Positions 1 to 8,496 of a DNA stretch of 64,000 nt are shown here, in pieces. Each line of letters opens with the position of its first letter. The first letter of the stretch is position 1. Origin of the DNA: an uncultured Acidobacteriota bacterium (GTDB lineage: Bacteria > Acidobacteriota > Vicinamibacteria > Vicinamibacterales > 2-12-FULL-66-21); the NCBI GenBank assembly GCA_963750915.1, contig CAVVSF010000007.1, forward strand, positions 1,110,654 through 1,174,653, read 5' to 3'. Both the position numbers and the translations under genes were made by a program. The notes below the pieces were generated by a model, which was not told where the DNA came from, searched no databases, and saw nothing but the letters and a program-made list of their open reading frames with translations.

Positions 1-96
1 GCCAGAGTGCGACCGCTACGAGCGGCGCCAGGCGCGCCAGGCGTGCAGCCGCGGGGCGATGGTTGACGCGCGCGCGTGATGTCATCCCGACCTCCA

Positions 97-1371
97 TCAG
101 TGGCCGCCGCTGAAGCTGTGCTTGATGATGATGTAGTCGAGATACGACGCGACGCGCAGCAGCACCTTCCGGATGATGTGCACCATCGCGAAGTGCTCGG
201 TATAGATGGCCGCCGAGCCGCGCGCGCCCGCGGCCATGAACAGCGACTTCTCCTGATCGTTGACGACGAGCTTGGCCGGGAACCGGCCGGGCGGCGCCAC
301 GAAGACCGTGCGCGGGAGGTCACCTGAGGCGTCGAGCTGCCCCTGCCCCTGCGCCCAGATCACGGAATCCACGTGCGCCTTGATGATGCGGCCAGGATAG
401 GTGTCCAGCGTGATCTCGGCATGATTGCCCGGCTCCACCTGGTGCAGTTCGTTCTGGCCGAACATGGCAAAGATCTGAAACTCGTCGTCGACGAAGGTCA
501 TGACCTCGTTGAACGGCATCCCGGCGACGAAGAAGCCGGGGCGCAGCATCACGTTGACCATCGTGCCGTTGCCGGGCGCCAGCACCGTCGTCTGCGTCAG
601 GTCCCAGCGGGCGTTGTCGAGCTGCGCCCTTGTCGTTTCCACCTGCGCCTCGGACACGCGCAGCTGTCCCTGCGCCGTGGCGATCTGCGCCCTGACCTGG
701 GCGACCACGGCAAGGTCGCCCTTGACGCGGCCCGAGAGCTTCTCCTTGACCTCCTGTTCGGCCGCCCGTGCTGCCGCGAGCTTCGCCGACAGCTCGTTGA
801 CGCTGGTCTGCGCCTGCTCGAGATCGAAGCGATTACCGGCGCCGGCGGCGACGAGCTCGGTGTTCTGCTCGACGCGCTTGCGGGCGAGATCCAGCGACGC
901 CGTCAGCGACGTCACCTGACCCGTCGCCTGCTTCTGCTGCTCGCGGAGCTGCGGCTCGCTCGACTGGGCGTCGGCCATGCGGGCCTGGGTCTCGGCCACG
1001 CGCGCCCGCTCGGCAACAACCTTGGCCTCCTCGGCGATCAACTGCGCCTCGAGCGAATGGACCTCGTTCTGGTACGGCGTCGGGTCGATGCGGAACAGCA
1101 CGTCGCCCTTCTTCACGGGTCGATTGTTCTCGACCGGGACCTCAATCACCCGTCCCCGGACCTGCGACACGATCGGAACGACGTATTTGACGACCCTGAC
1201 GTCGGTCGTCGTCGGCGCGAAGATGTTCAGCAGGAGCATCATGATCGCGAGGGCGACCACGGGGAAGATCGCCACCGCCACCTTCCAGGGTGTCGTCCAT
1301 GGCAGCAGCTTCAGCTTGATGAAGATCAGCCAGACGAAGAACGAGTAAATTCCGAGCAGCAGGAGCTCCAT
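97..1371 (-). CDS. HlyD-family membrane-fusion/secretion protein (YiaV/YibH-like)
   Basis: Lower part of ORF 97..1950. Internal ATG at 1369-1371 is preceded by GGAGG (1379-1383) and overlaps a TAA of another frame (TAATG). Has an N-terminal TM segment (LLLGIYSFFVWLIFIKL), a lipoyl-like hairpin (VKKGDVLFRIDP), a long coiled coil and a C-terminal barrel. Confidence 0.85.
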   Translation of the reverse strand: MELLLLGIYSFFVWLIFIKLKLLPWTTPWKVAVAIFPVVALAIMMLLLNIFAPTTTDVRVVKYVVPIVSQVRGRVIEVPVENNRPVKKGDVLFRIDPTPYQNEVHSLEAQLIAEEAKVVAERARVAETQARMADAQSSEPQLREQQKQATGQVTSLTASLDLARKRVEQNTELVAAGAGNRFDLEQAQTSVNELSAKLAAARAAEQEVKEKLSGRVKGDLAVVAQVRAQIATAQGQLRVSEAQVETTRAQLDNARWDLTQTTVLAPGNGTMVNVMLRPGFFVAGMPFNEVMTFVDDEFQIFAMFGQNELHQVEPGNHAEITLDTYPGRIIKAHVDSVIWAQGQGQLDASGDLPRTVFVAPPGRFPAKLVVNDQEKSLFMAAGARGSAAIYTEHFAMVHIIRKVLLRVASYLDYIIIKHSFSGGH

Positions 1372-1899
1372 TACCGAACCTCCTGCCCCTCGAACTTCGC
1401 TTCGAGCGCCTCGAGATCGGCGCGGAGGGTCGTCAGCTCGGACGCCGGCACCCGTCCCTCCAGCCTCGCCACCCGATCCCTGAGGCTGGCCGTCGTCGGG
1501 CGCCTCGACGACGGGGACGACGACGGCCTCACCGTCGGTGTCCGACGCAGGCGCCTTGTCCGTGCCGTAAGCCATCTTGTACATGACCGGTTTGGAGTAG
1601 GCCCACAGCCAGGCCAGCGGCCAGAGCAGTCCGCCGAACACCAGCGAGAGCAGGCATAGCGTGCGGATGGCTTCGAACTGCGGGTGATGACGCTTGTGCG
1701 CGATCTTCTCCGGAAGGATGTGCACCATCCAGAACAGGACGATGAGCACCACCGGCACGATGAACAGGACGAAGATGGCGATGAAGGTGGCGATCTTGTC
1801 TTCGACCTCTTCGGAGAAGAGCGATGCCTGGGCATCCGCCGGCGCCAGCAGGAGCGCGGCACACATGAAGAGCAGGACCGCCGGCAGGGAGGGGGCCAT
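1371..1899 (-). pseudogene. DUF3302 (YiaW-like) small membrane protein; reading frame broken (one extra nt) or fused to the HlyD gene
   Basis: N-terminal part is in the frame of ORF 97..1950 (MAPSLPAVLLF...HILPEKIAHKRHHPQFEAIR...WLWAYSKPV). A protein-like coiled-coil C-terminus (ASLRDRVARLEGRVPASELTTLRADLEALEAKFEGQEVR) lies in the frame of ORF 1371..1913 and ends in TAA at 1371-1373. Length 529 = 3n+1. Junction at about 1485-1530. Confidence 0.55.
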
Positions 1900-2000
1900 T
1901 CTTCGACGTCCAATCACGACCGAATCACGTGGGACTGATGCCATATCCAACGTCCGCGAGAGCTGTGTTGACGACTGAAAGCGGGGACGGGCATCGCCAG

Positions 2001-2016
2001 AGCACTGGCCGTGCCA
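2001..2016 (-). promoter_or_regulatory. candidate sigma-54 (-24/-12) promoter for the DUF3302/HlyD operon
   Basis: Minus strand reads TGGCAC-GGCCA-GTGCT. The -24 hexamer is perfect and GC is at the correct -12 spacing. It lies about 50-100 nt upstream of the DUF3302 start and is divergent from the sigma-54 activator gene. Confidence 0.45.
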
Positions 2017-2258
2017 CCCGCCGGGAGAGCCGCAGGCACTGGAAAGCCTTGAGCCACGTCACCCGCCGGCCGGATCTTGCCCCCGGCGACGCGTGCGAAC
2101 CTCCGAGATAACGGGCTGTCTCCGGTATGCCGGAGTCCGGCGCGCCGAATAGCCACCAGATCGGACGATGATTGCTGCCGCGGCAGGCGACGCCCCGGGC
2201 ACACCGATTGCTCCGCTTTTCTGGCAATCTCAAAAAGGCGAGCGGTAGAGGAGCGGGT

Positions 2259-3317
2259 ATGTCGATGCTCTATTCGGGTGACACATGTCTGTCCGGCCCC
2301 ACCACCAAGGCCGGGAAGTCTGAGGGTGAGTTCAGCAATCGCGTCGTCCGAACGCCCCTCCGGCGGGACGACATCGACCCCGTCGGCACGTCGGCCATCG
2401 TCGGCCGGAGCGCGGCGCTGCGGCGGGTGCTGGAGCAGATCGAACACGTGGCGGCGACCGATGCCACGGTGCTGCTGCTCGGCGACACCGGGACGGGCAA
2501 AGAGCTCTTTGCGACGCGCCTCCACGAGTTGAGCGCGCGGCGGAGCCGCGACATGCTGCGGGTGAACTGCGCCGCGATTCCCTCGACGCTCATGGAGAGT
2601 GAGCTGTTCGGCTGCGAGCGCGGCGCCTATACCGACGCCGTGGCGCGGCGAATCGGCCGGTTCGAGCTCGCGAATCATTCGACGATCTTCCTCGACGAGA
2701 TCGGCGATCTGCCGGCGGACGTGCAGGTGAAACTGCTGCGCGTCCTCGAAGAGCGTCAGATCGAGCGGCTCGGCAGCCCGAACAGCATCCCGGTAGACGT
2801 GCGGATCGTGGCCGCGACGCATCGCGACCTCGAGCAGCGCATCGCCAACGGGTCGTTCCGGGAGGATCTCTTCTACCGGTTGAACGTGTTCCCGATCCGC
2901 GTCCCGGCGCTCCGGGAGCGGGCCGATGACATTCCCCTTCTCGTGTGGCACTTCATCGAGCAGTACTCGAAGTCGCTCGGCAAGCGGATCGATGGCATCC
3001 CCCGCGAAAATATGAGCAGGCTCCAGGAGTATTCCTGGCCGGGCAACATTCGTGAACTGCGAAATGTCGTGGAACGCGCGATGATCGTGGTGGCCGGTTC
3101 GCAGGTCACGATCCCCGTCCCGTCGGAAACGCGAGCGGCCCGCCAGTGCAGCGCCAAGCTGATTGATGTTCAGAAAGAGCACATCCGCAGCGTGCTCGAG
3201 GCGTCGCGGTGGCGTATCAGGGGTGCCGGCGGTGCCGCGGACCAGCTCGGGCTGCGCCCGACGACGCTGGAAACGCGGATGGCGAAGCTCGGACTCACCC
3301 GACCAAAGGCATCCTGA
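2259..3317 (+). CDS. sigma-54-dependent transcriptional activator, AAA+ plus C-terminal Fis-type HTH, no N-terminal sensor domain (PspF-like architecture)
   Basis: ORF 2172..3317. ATG at 2259 has GAGGAG 5 nt upstream. Walker A is GDTGTGKE. ESELFG is followed by GAYTDA where GAFTGA is expected. Also has RVIAAT-like VRIVAAT, WPGNIRELRNVVERA, and a C-terminal HTH (AADQLGLRPTTLETRMAKLGL). Confidence 0.9.
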   Translation: MSMLYSGDTCLSGPTTKAGKSEGEFSNRVVRTPLRRDDIDPVGTSAIVGRSAALRRVLEQIEHVAATDATVLLLGDTGTGKELFATRLHELSARRSRDMLRVNCAAIPSTLMESELFGCERGAYTDAVARRIGRFELANHSTIFLDEIGDLPADVQVKLLRVLEERQIERLGSPNSIPVDVRIVAATHRDLEQRIANGSFREDLFYRLNVFPIRVPALRERADDIPLLVWHFIEQYSKSLGKRIDGIPRENMSRLQEYSWPGNIRELRNVVERAMIVVAGSQVTIPVPSETRAARQCSAKLIDVQKEHIRSVLEASRWRIRGAGGAADQLGLRPTTLETRMAKLGLTRPKAS

Positions 3318-3322
3318 GAGCG

Positions 3323-4139
3323 TTACGGCCGGACGTTTACGGCCGATGAGAGCTGGAACTGCAGGCGTGTTTCGGCGGGGAGCTGCAGATGCTCCTCGCC
3401 CTGACTCGATACCGCGGCGCCCGTGACGCCGCCGATGGCCGCGCCGATGGCCGCGCCCTCGCCGCCGCCCGCAATGCCTCCGACAATGGCCCCGAGGCCG
3501 GCGCCGCCGCCCACCTTGCGCGCCGTGCGCTTGCCTTCGCCCTTCCCCTTGGCCTCGACGTAGCCGGTCGCGACCTCGTAGACGAAACCGCCGAAGGCGA
3601 TGGCGTTCATTTTCAGCGAGATCTTGTCGCTGCCCTTGAACTTGCCCGACTGCTCCACCTTCGCGGCCTGAATCGTCGCCGAGGCGCCGCGCGGAATCAC
3701 CACCGAGCCGCCGATCATCACCGGGTCGTCGATGATGGCCTTGAACGTCTGCCCCGCGTGTGACACGTCGACGTCGATCGCCTGGGTCAGCCGGACGTTG
3801 AGCGCCGTACCCGCCGGAACGGTTACCGGCTTCGGCGCCGCGGGTTTCGGCGCCGCGGGCTTGGCCGCGCTCGGCGCGGGCTTGGCCGCGGCTCGGCGCC
3901 GGCGCCGGCGGCGGCGGTTTCCGCGGCGAGAACTCCACGGCGACGGTGTCTTCCAGCCGGATCTCGGACACGCTGCCGTTGTCGAGGAGCAGCCGGACGG
4001 TCTTGCTGTCACCGCCGATGAACATGCCCTCGACCACCTTGCCGGAACGCAGCCGGATCCGGTCCGCCGAGAGCGAGGCGCCGGCGGCGACCATGATCAT
4101 CGCCGTCGCGATCGGCACGATAACCTGTCGGATTCTCAT
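3323..4139 (-). pseudogene. secreted glycine-zipper protein (hypothetical), frame broken in the Pro/Ala linker
   Basis: Signal peptide and N-domain are in the frame of ORF 1914..4139 (MRIRQVIVPIATAMIMVAAGASLSADRIRLRSGKVVEG...VEFSPRKPPPPAPAP). The remainder is in ORF 3323..4012 (AAKPAPSAAKPAAPKPVTVPAGTALNVRL...GLGAIVGGIAGGGEGAAIGAAIGGVTGAAV). Length 817 = 3n+1. Junction at about 3885-3900. Confidence 0.65.
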
Positions 4140-4173
4140 CTCCTGCTCACTCCGTTTTTGTGCGTCTCGCGGG

Positions 4174-4687
4174 TCACTTGGCGATGGGCAGGGAGGCCGA
4201 GATCTGCAGGTCGATCAGCAGCAACAACTGGTGCTCGACCTGGAGGAAGCGCAGGGCCGTCCGCGGCGTGAGCGCGGTCTTGAACTGTTCGAAGAACTTT
4301 GCCTTGACGGCCTGTCGCCGCGCTTCGAGATCGAGCGCCTTGCTGGCGAGCTTCTCGGCGACGGCATCCGTCAGCGCCGAGTAGTTGCCGGCGTACTCGG
4401 CGATCAGCGCCAGGCGCTCGTCGCCGAGCTTCGCCATCTCGACGTCGTAGTCGCGGTAGATCGGCCAGAACACCTTGTCCTCGGCCTCGGTGAACCCGAC
4501 GACTTCCGTGATGATCGCGACCTTCTGCGCCCGGAGATCGCTGCGCAGGAGCTCGGCGTACGCGCTCAGATTGAGCGTTATTCGTCTCGCCTTCGCTCGG
4601 AGGCGGCGCTTTTGCCTGGGCCCGGGCCTGGGCCGGGAAGAGCGCGGCCGCCACGAGGACGGCCGCGAGGATCGTGCGTTGAGACAC
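4174..4687 (-). pseudogene. periplasmic helical protein (hypothetical), frame broken after the signal peptide
   Basis: GTG at 4685-4687 is preceded by GGAGG. The signal peptide MSQRTILAAVLVAAALFPAQARA is in the frame of ORF 4136..4687. The mature part (YAELLRSDLRAQKVAIITEVVGFTEAEDKVFWPIYRDYDVEMAKLG...) is in the frame of ORF 4174..4473, which is open upstream but has no start codon. Length 514 = 3n+1. Junction at about 4560-4585. Confidence 0.65.
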
Positions 4688-4725
4688 GTGGATGCCTCCG
4701 AGCGAGGTGTGTTCCGAGGGTTTCG

Positions 4726-5283
4726 CTACGTCTTTACCTTCGGCGGGTAGTTCTTGAAGATCTTCTTCACGGCGTTATTGATGCTCTTGTCGCGCTTCTC
4801 GGGTTTGGCATCGGTGTCGATTTCCTTCACGCCCATCCCGCGCCACGCCAGCTGCCCCTTCTTCGCGTCGGCGATGTCGATCACGAGCGTACCGTTCAGG
4901 ATGTCCCGCACCGTCGTGTGCGTCGACCCGCCGGCCCAGCCCGCGCCGCCCCAGCCCCATCCGTAGGCGCCGTAGCCGCCGCCGTACCCGGAGCTGTAGG
5001 TGGAGATGTCCTTCTGCTTGTCGAAGGCGACATGATAGACCACGAACACGTCAGGGTTCGCTTCGGACTTGGTCAGGCCCTTCTCGGCAAGCTGCGCATC
5101 GATGGCCGCGACGATGCGGGCGTCGATGAGTTCCTGACCGACCTTGGTGCCGTCCTTCATCGCGTAGGTCTTGAAGCCGGCGAAGTTCGCGCTCTTCTCG
5201 TAGTCGTAGGTGACTTTCTGCGCCACGACCAGCGCGGGAATCGCGAGCACGGCGATCGCGAAGGCAAGAAATCTCTTCTGCAT
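4726..5283 (-). CDS. DUF4136-family lipoprotein-like protein
   Basis: ORF 4726..5346. Start taken at MQKRFLAFAIAVLAIPALVVA (ATG 5281-5283, AAGGA upstream). Gly/Tyr/Trp-rich loop, and a C-terminal GTLVIDI...QLAWRG...AVKKIFKNYPP pattern shared with the second DUF4136 gene at 61866..62444. Confidence 0.8.
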   Translation of the reverse strand: MQKRFLAFAIAVLAIPALVVAQKVTYDYEKSANFAGFKTYAMKDGTKVGQELIDARIVAAIDAQLAEKGLTKSEANPDVFVVYHVAFDKQKDISTYSSGYGGGYGAYGWGWGGAGWAGGSTHTTVRDILNGTLVIDIADAKKGQLAWRGMGVKEIDTDAKPEKRDKSINNAVKKIFKNYPPKVKT

Positions 5284-5334
5284 ACCCTGTCCTTTCGGTC
5301 CTGTAGACGACGGCAATTTCGCAAGCTTCGCTGG

Positions 5335-5350
5335 TGCAATTGTCAAGCCG
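5335..5350 (-). promoter_or_regulatory. candidate sigma-54 promoter for the DUF4136 / periplasmic protein / glycine-zipper operon
   Basis: Minus strand reads cGGCTT-GACAA-TTGCA. GG and GC are at canonical spacing and the -12 TTGCA is perfect. It lies about 50 nt upstream of ATG 5283. The same bases contain TTGACA, so a sigma-70 -35 reading cannot be excluded. Confidence 0.4.
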
Positions 5351-5564
5351 CCGCGATCGCATGGAAGAAGGCCGCAGGGACACCGGACTCCAGTCGCCTG
5401 TCCGTCCTGCCGGAGGAACTCCGGTAAACCGGAGCCGCGATCCGGGGCTGCCGGGCGTCAACCCTCGGCCGCTCACCCAACCTCCTGTCGCCGCGGCACT
5501 TGATCCCGCCCCCGACCCCGGCCGAACCGGCATAGTCCATGCTCGACCGGGCGTAAGATGACTT

Positions 5565-5924
5565 ATGCCAGCGACCCTGCAGCACGATAGGGATAATATC
5601 TTTCGCATCGAGCTCAGCGGAGCCTTGCGGAAGGCGGATCTGGAAGACTGCCAGGACCGGCTGATCGCCGAGATGAACCGGGCGGGCCCGGTGAAACTGC
5701 TGTTCGTGCTCGACGAGTTCGGCGGGTGGGAGCCCGGCGCGAACTGGAACGACCTCTCCTTTTACGTCAAGCACGGCGATCGGATCGAACGAATTGCCAT
5801 TGTCGGGCCCGAGAAGTGGCGCAGCCAGACGTTGATGTTCGCGGGCGCGGACCTGCGGCGGGCGCCGGTGGAATTCTTCGCCGGCGATGCCCTGACCGAG
5901 GCGCGGACGTGGCTGGCTTCGTGA
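5565..5924 (+). CDS. STAS/SpoIIAA-like protein (DUF3478-like)
   Basis: ORF 5565..5924, 119 aa. The pattern IFRIELSGALRKADL...KLLFVLDEFGGWE...GDRIERIAIVGPEKW is typical of SpoIIAA-like STAS proteins. Confidence 0.7.
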   Translation: MPATLQHDRDNIFRIELSGALRKADLEDCQDRLIAEMNRAGPVKLLFVLDEFGGWEPGANWNDLSFYVKHGDRIERIAIVGPEKWRSQTLMFAGADLRRAPVEFFAGDALTEARTWLAS

Positions 5925-5978
5925 CCGGCGGGTGCAGTATCCAGGGGCGTTGTCCCTCGAGGAAGGAAACACGGAGCG

Positions 5979-8420
5979 ATGAACCGCAATAGTCGAGCAC
6001 GCCGCGCCGCAGCCATGATTGCGACGCTGGGCATCCTGGCGGAGCCGTCGGCGCACCTGATCGCCGTCGCCACGGCGCAGGCGCAGCCGGCGCCGCAGAC
6101 GACCACCGCCAAGCCGCAGGCAACGGCACCGGCCGGCAAGACGCCGCCGCCTGCCTCCACCACCGCGAAGCCGCCACTGGCCGCCGTCGCCGCCGCAACG
6201 CCGCCGCCGGTCGACGGCGGGTGGCCGCGACTCTACAACCTTGCGAGCGGCGGCAGCATGCTCGTCTACCAGCCGCAGATCTCCACCTGGGACAAGCAGA
6301 CGCAAATGGTCGCCTTCAGCGCGGTGTCGCTGCGAAACAAGGCCGGCGACAAGCCGGCGCTCGGCACGGTCAAGCTGGAAGCCGACACCAAGGTCGCGGT
6401 CGCCGATCGCCTGGTCAGCTTCCAGAACATGAAGATCACCGAGGTGAATTTTCAGACCTTGCCGAAAGAGCAGGTTCAGGAAATCGTCGCCGCCGTCGAA
6501 ACGGCGATGCCCGTCGACGAACGGGTGATCGCGCTCGATCGCGTCCTCGCCAACATCGACAAGAGCAGCATCGTGCCGAAGACGGTCGAAGGCATCAAGT
6601 CCGACCCGCCGACGATTTTCTTCAGCAAGAGCACGGCCGTGATCGTCAACCTCGACGGCGATCCGATCTGGAGCCCGATCAAGGGAAACGATCTCAAGTA
6701 TGCGGTGAACACGAACTGGGATCTGTTCGAGAACACTCCCACCAACACCTACTACCTTCGCAACAACGACACGTGGCTGAAGGCGGCCGACGTCAAGGGC
6801 CCGTGGTCGCCGGCGGGGACGCTGCCCGACGGCTTCAAGCAGCTGCCGGCCGAGGACAACTGGAAGGACGTCAAGGCCAACCTGCCTGGCAAAGCCGTGA
6901 AGACGGCGCCGCAGGTCTTCGTCAGCACGACGCCGGCTGAATTGATCCTGCTGACGGGCGAACCGAGCTACCTGCTCGTTCAGGGCACGAACCTTCTCTG
7001 GGTGAGCAACACCGAGAGCGACATCTTCCGGATGGGCAAGACCGGGCCGGTCTATTACCTCGTCGCCGGACGCTGGTTCTCGGCTCCGGACTTCACCGGG
7101 CCGTGGACGTTCGCAACCCCATCGCTGCCCGAAGACTTCAAGAAGATCCCGCTCTCGCACGACCGCTCTCGCGTTCTGGCGTCGGTCCCGGGCACCGATC
7201 AGGCCGCGGAAGCGGTGCTGCTGGCGCAGATCCCGCAGACCGCGCGCGTCAACAAGAAGGAAACGAAAGCGCCGGACGTCGCCTTCCAGGGCAATCCCGA
7301 GTTCGCGCCGATCGAGAAGACCACGGTCGAGCGCGCCGTGAACACGGACAAGGACGTCTTCAAGATCGGCGACCTCTACTACATGTGCTACCAGGGCGTC
7401 TGGTTCTCCGGCAAGAGCGCGACGGGACCGTGGGAAGTTACGAGCTCGGTGCCGCAGGAGATTTACCAGATCCCAGCCAGCTCGCCGTCGCATCACGTCA
7501 CCTACGTCACGGTCGAAGACGACGACGATGATGATTGGGTGGTGTATGCCGCCGCGGCCGGTTACACCGGGATGATGGTCGCGTATGGCTGCACGGTCTG
7601 GGGCACGGGTTGGTACTATCCGCCCTACTGGGGATACGGCGGCTACTACCCGTACTACTACGGGCACTTCCCGACCTACGGCTACTCCGCCTGGTACAAC
7701 CCGTGGACCGGCGCCTACGGACGCAGCGCCGGCGTCTACGGCCCCTACGGCGGCGCCGGCGTCGGCGCGCGCTACAACCCGCGGACTGGCACCTATGCCC
7801 GCGGCGCGGCCGCCTACGGTCCGTATGGCGCGCGCGGCGTCGCCCAGGCGTACAACCCGCGAACCGGCACTTACGCGGCGACGCGCCAGGGCTCCAACGT
7901 CTACGGCAGCTGGGGCTCGACCGCGGTGCAGCGCGGCGACGACTGGGCCAAGACCAATCGCTATACCAATCGGCAGACCGGCAACACCACCCGCACGATC
8001 AGGACCGATGAAGGCTCGGCAGTGACGCGGCGCGGCGCCGGCGGCGCGACGGTCGGCGTCGGCGACGGCGGCAACGTCTACGCCGGCAACGACGGCAACG
8101 TCTACCGCCGCCAGGACGGGACGTGGCAGAAGTACGACAACGGCGGCTGGTCGAATACGGACCGGCAGCCTACCGGCGAGAGGCCAACCCCGAGGGACCA
8201 GTCGACGACACGTCAGCAGCCTGCCGATCGAAGCAGCATCGATCGCGCCACCACGGACCAGTTGAACCGCGATTCAGCCGCGCGCCGCGAGGGAACGCAG
8301 CGCACCGGTGACTACGGCAACTATCGTGGCGGCAGCGGCACAGGCGGCACTGGCAGCTATCGCGGCGGCGGCGGATCCCGCGGCGGCGCGTCACGCGGCG
8401 GCGGCGGCAGAAGGCGATAG
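5979..8420 (+). CDS. large secreted hypothetical protein with C-terminal Gly/Tyr-rich YNP(R/W)TG(T/A)Y repeats
   Basis: ORF 5979..8420, 813 aa, GGAG RBS. Signal-like N-terminus, a Pro/Thr/Ala linker, a central domain, then about three ~27-aa repeats (nt ~7690-7900) and a Gly/Arg tail. Confidence 0.8.
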   Translation: MNRNSRARRAAAMIATLGILAEPSAHLIAVATAQAQPAPQTTTAKPQATAPAGKTPPPASTTAKPPLAAVAAATPPPVDGGWPRLYNLASGGSMLVYQPQISTWDKQTQMVAFSAVSLRNKAGDKPALGTVKLEADTKVAVADRLVSFQNMKITEVNFQTLPKEQVQEIVAAVETAMPVDERVIALDRVLANIDKSSIVPKTVEGIKSDPPTIFFSKSTAVIVNLDGDPIWSPIKGNDLKYAVNTNWDLFENTPTNTYYLRNNDTWLKAADVKGPWSPAGTLPDGFKQLPAEDNWKDVKANLPGKAVKTAPQVFVSTTPAELILLTGEPSYLLVQGTNLLWVSNTESDIFRMGKTGPVYYLVAGRWFSAPDFTGPWTFATPSLPEDFKKIPLSHDRSRVLASVPGTDQAAEAVLLAQIPQTARVNKKETKAPDVAFQGNPEFAPIEKTTVERAVNTDKDVFKIGDLYYMCYQGVWFSGKSATGPWEVTSSVPQEIYQIPASSPSHHVTYVTVEDDDDDDWVVYAAAAGYTGMMVAYGCTVWGTGWYYPPYWGYGGYYPYYYGHFPTYGYSAWYNPWTGAYGRSAGVYGPYGGAGVGARYNPRTGTYARGAAAYGPYGARGVAQAYNPRTGTYAATRQGSNVYGSWGSTAVQRGDDWAKTNRYTNRQTGNTTRTIRTDEGSAVTRRGAGGATVGVGDGGNVYAGNDGNVYRRQDGTWQKYDNGGWSNTDRQPTGERPTPRDQSTTRQQPADRSSIDRATTDQLNRDSAARREGTQRTGDYGNYRGGSGTGGTGSYRGGGGSRGGASRGGGGRRR

Positions 8421-8430
8421 CCAAAAAACG

Positions 8431-8466
8431 GAAGCGCCGCCAGCCTGCCAGGACTGGCGGCGCTTC
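8431..8466. terminator. bidirectional intrinsic terminator hairpin
   Basis: 13-bp perfect stem GAAGCGCCGCCAG / CTGGCGGCGCTTC with a 10-nt loop. It is flanked by CCAAAAAAC, which reads as a T-tract on the minus strand, i.e. downstream of pgl. It sits between two convergent genes. Confidence 0.75.
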
Positions 8467-8496
8467 GTAGGTCCCACGCTCGGCTGAACACCCGGT

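Noticed and set aside
5335-5350. TTGACA inside the candidate sigma-54 element, read as a sigma-70 -35 box.
   Set aside because: It is not fully rejected. I found no acceptable -10 hexamer 16-19 nt downstream on the minus strand (TGCGAA or GCGAAA), so the sigma-54 reading is preferred.
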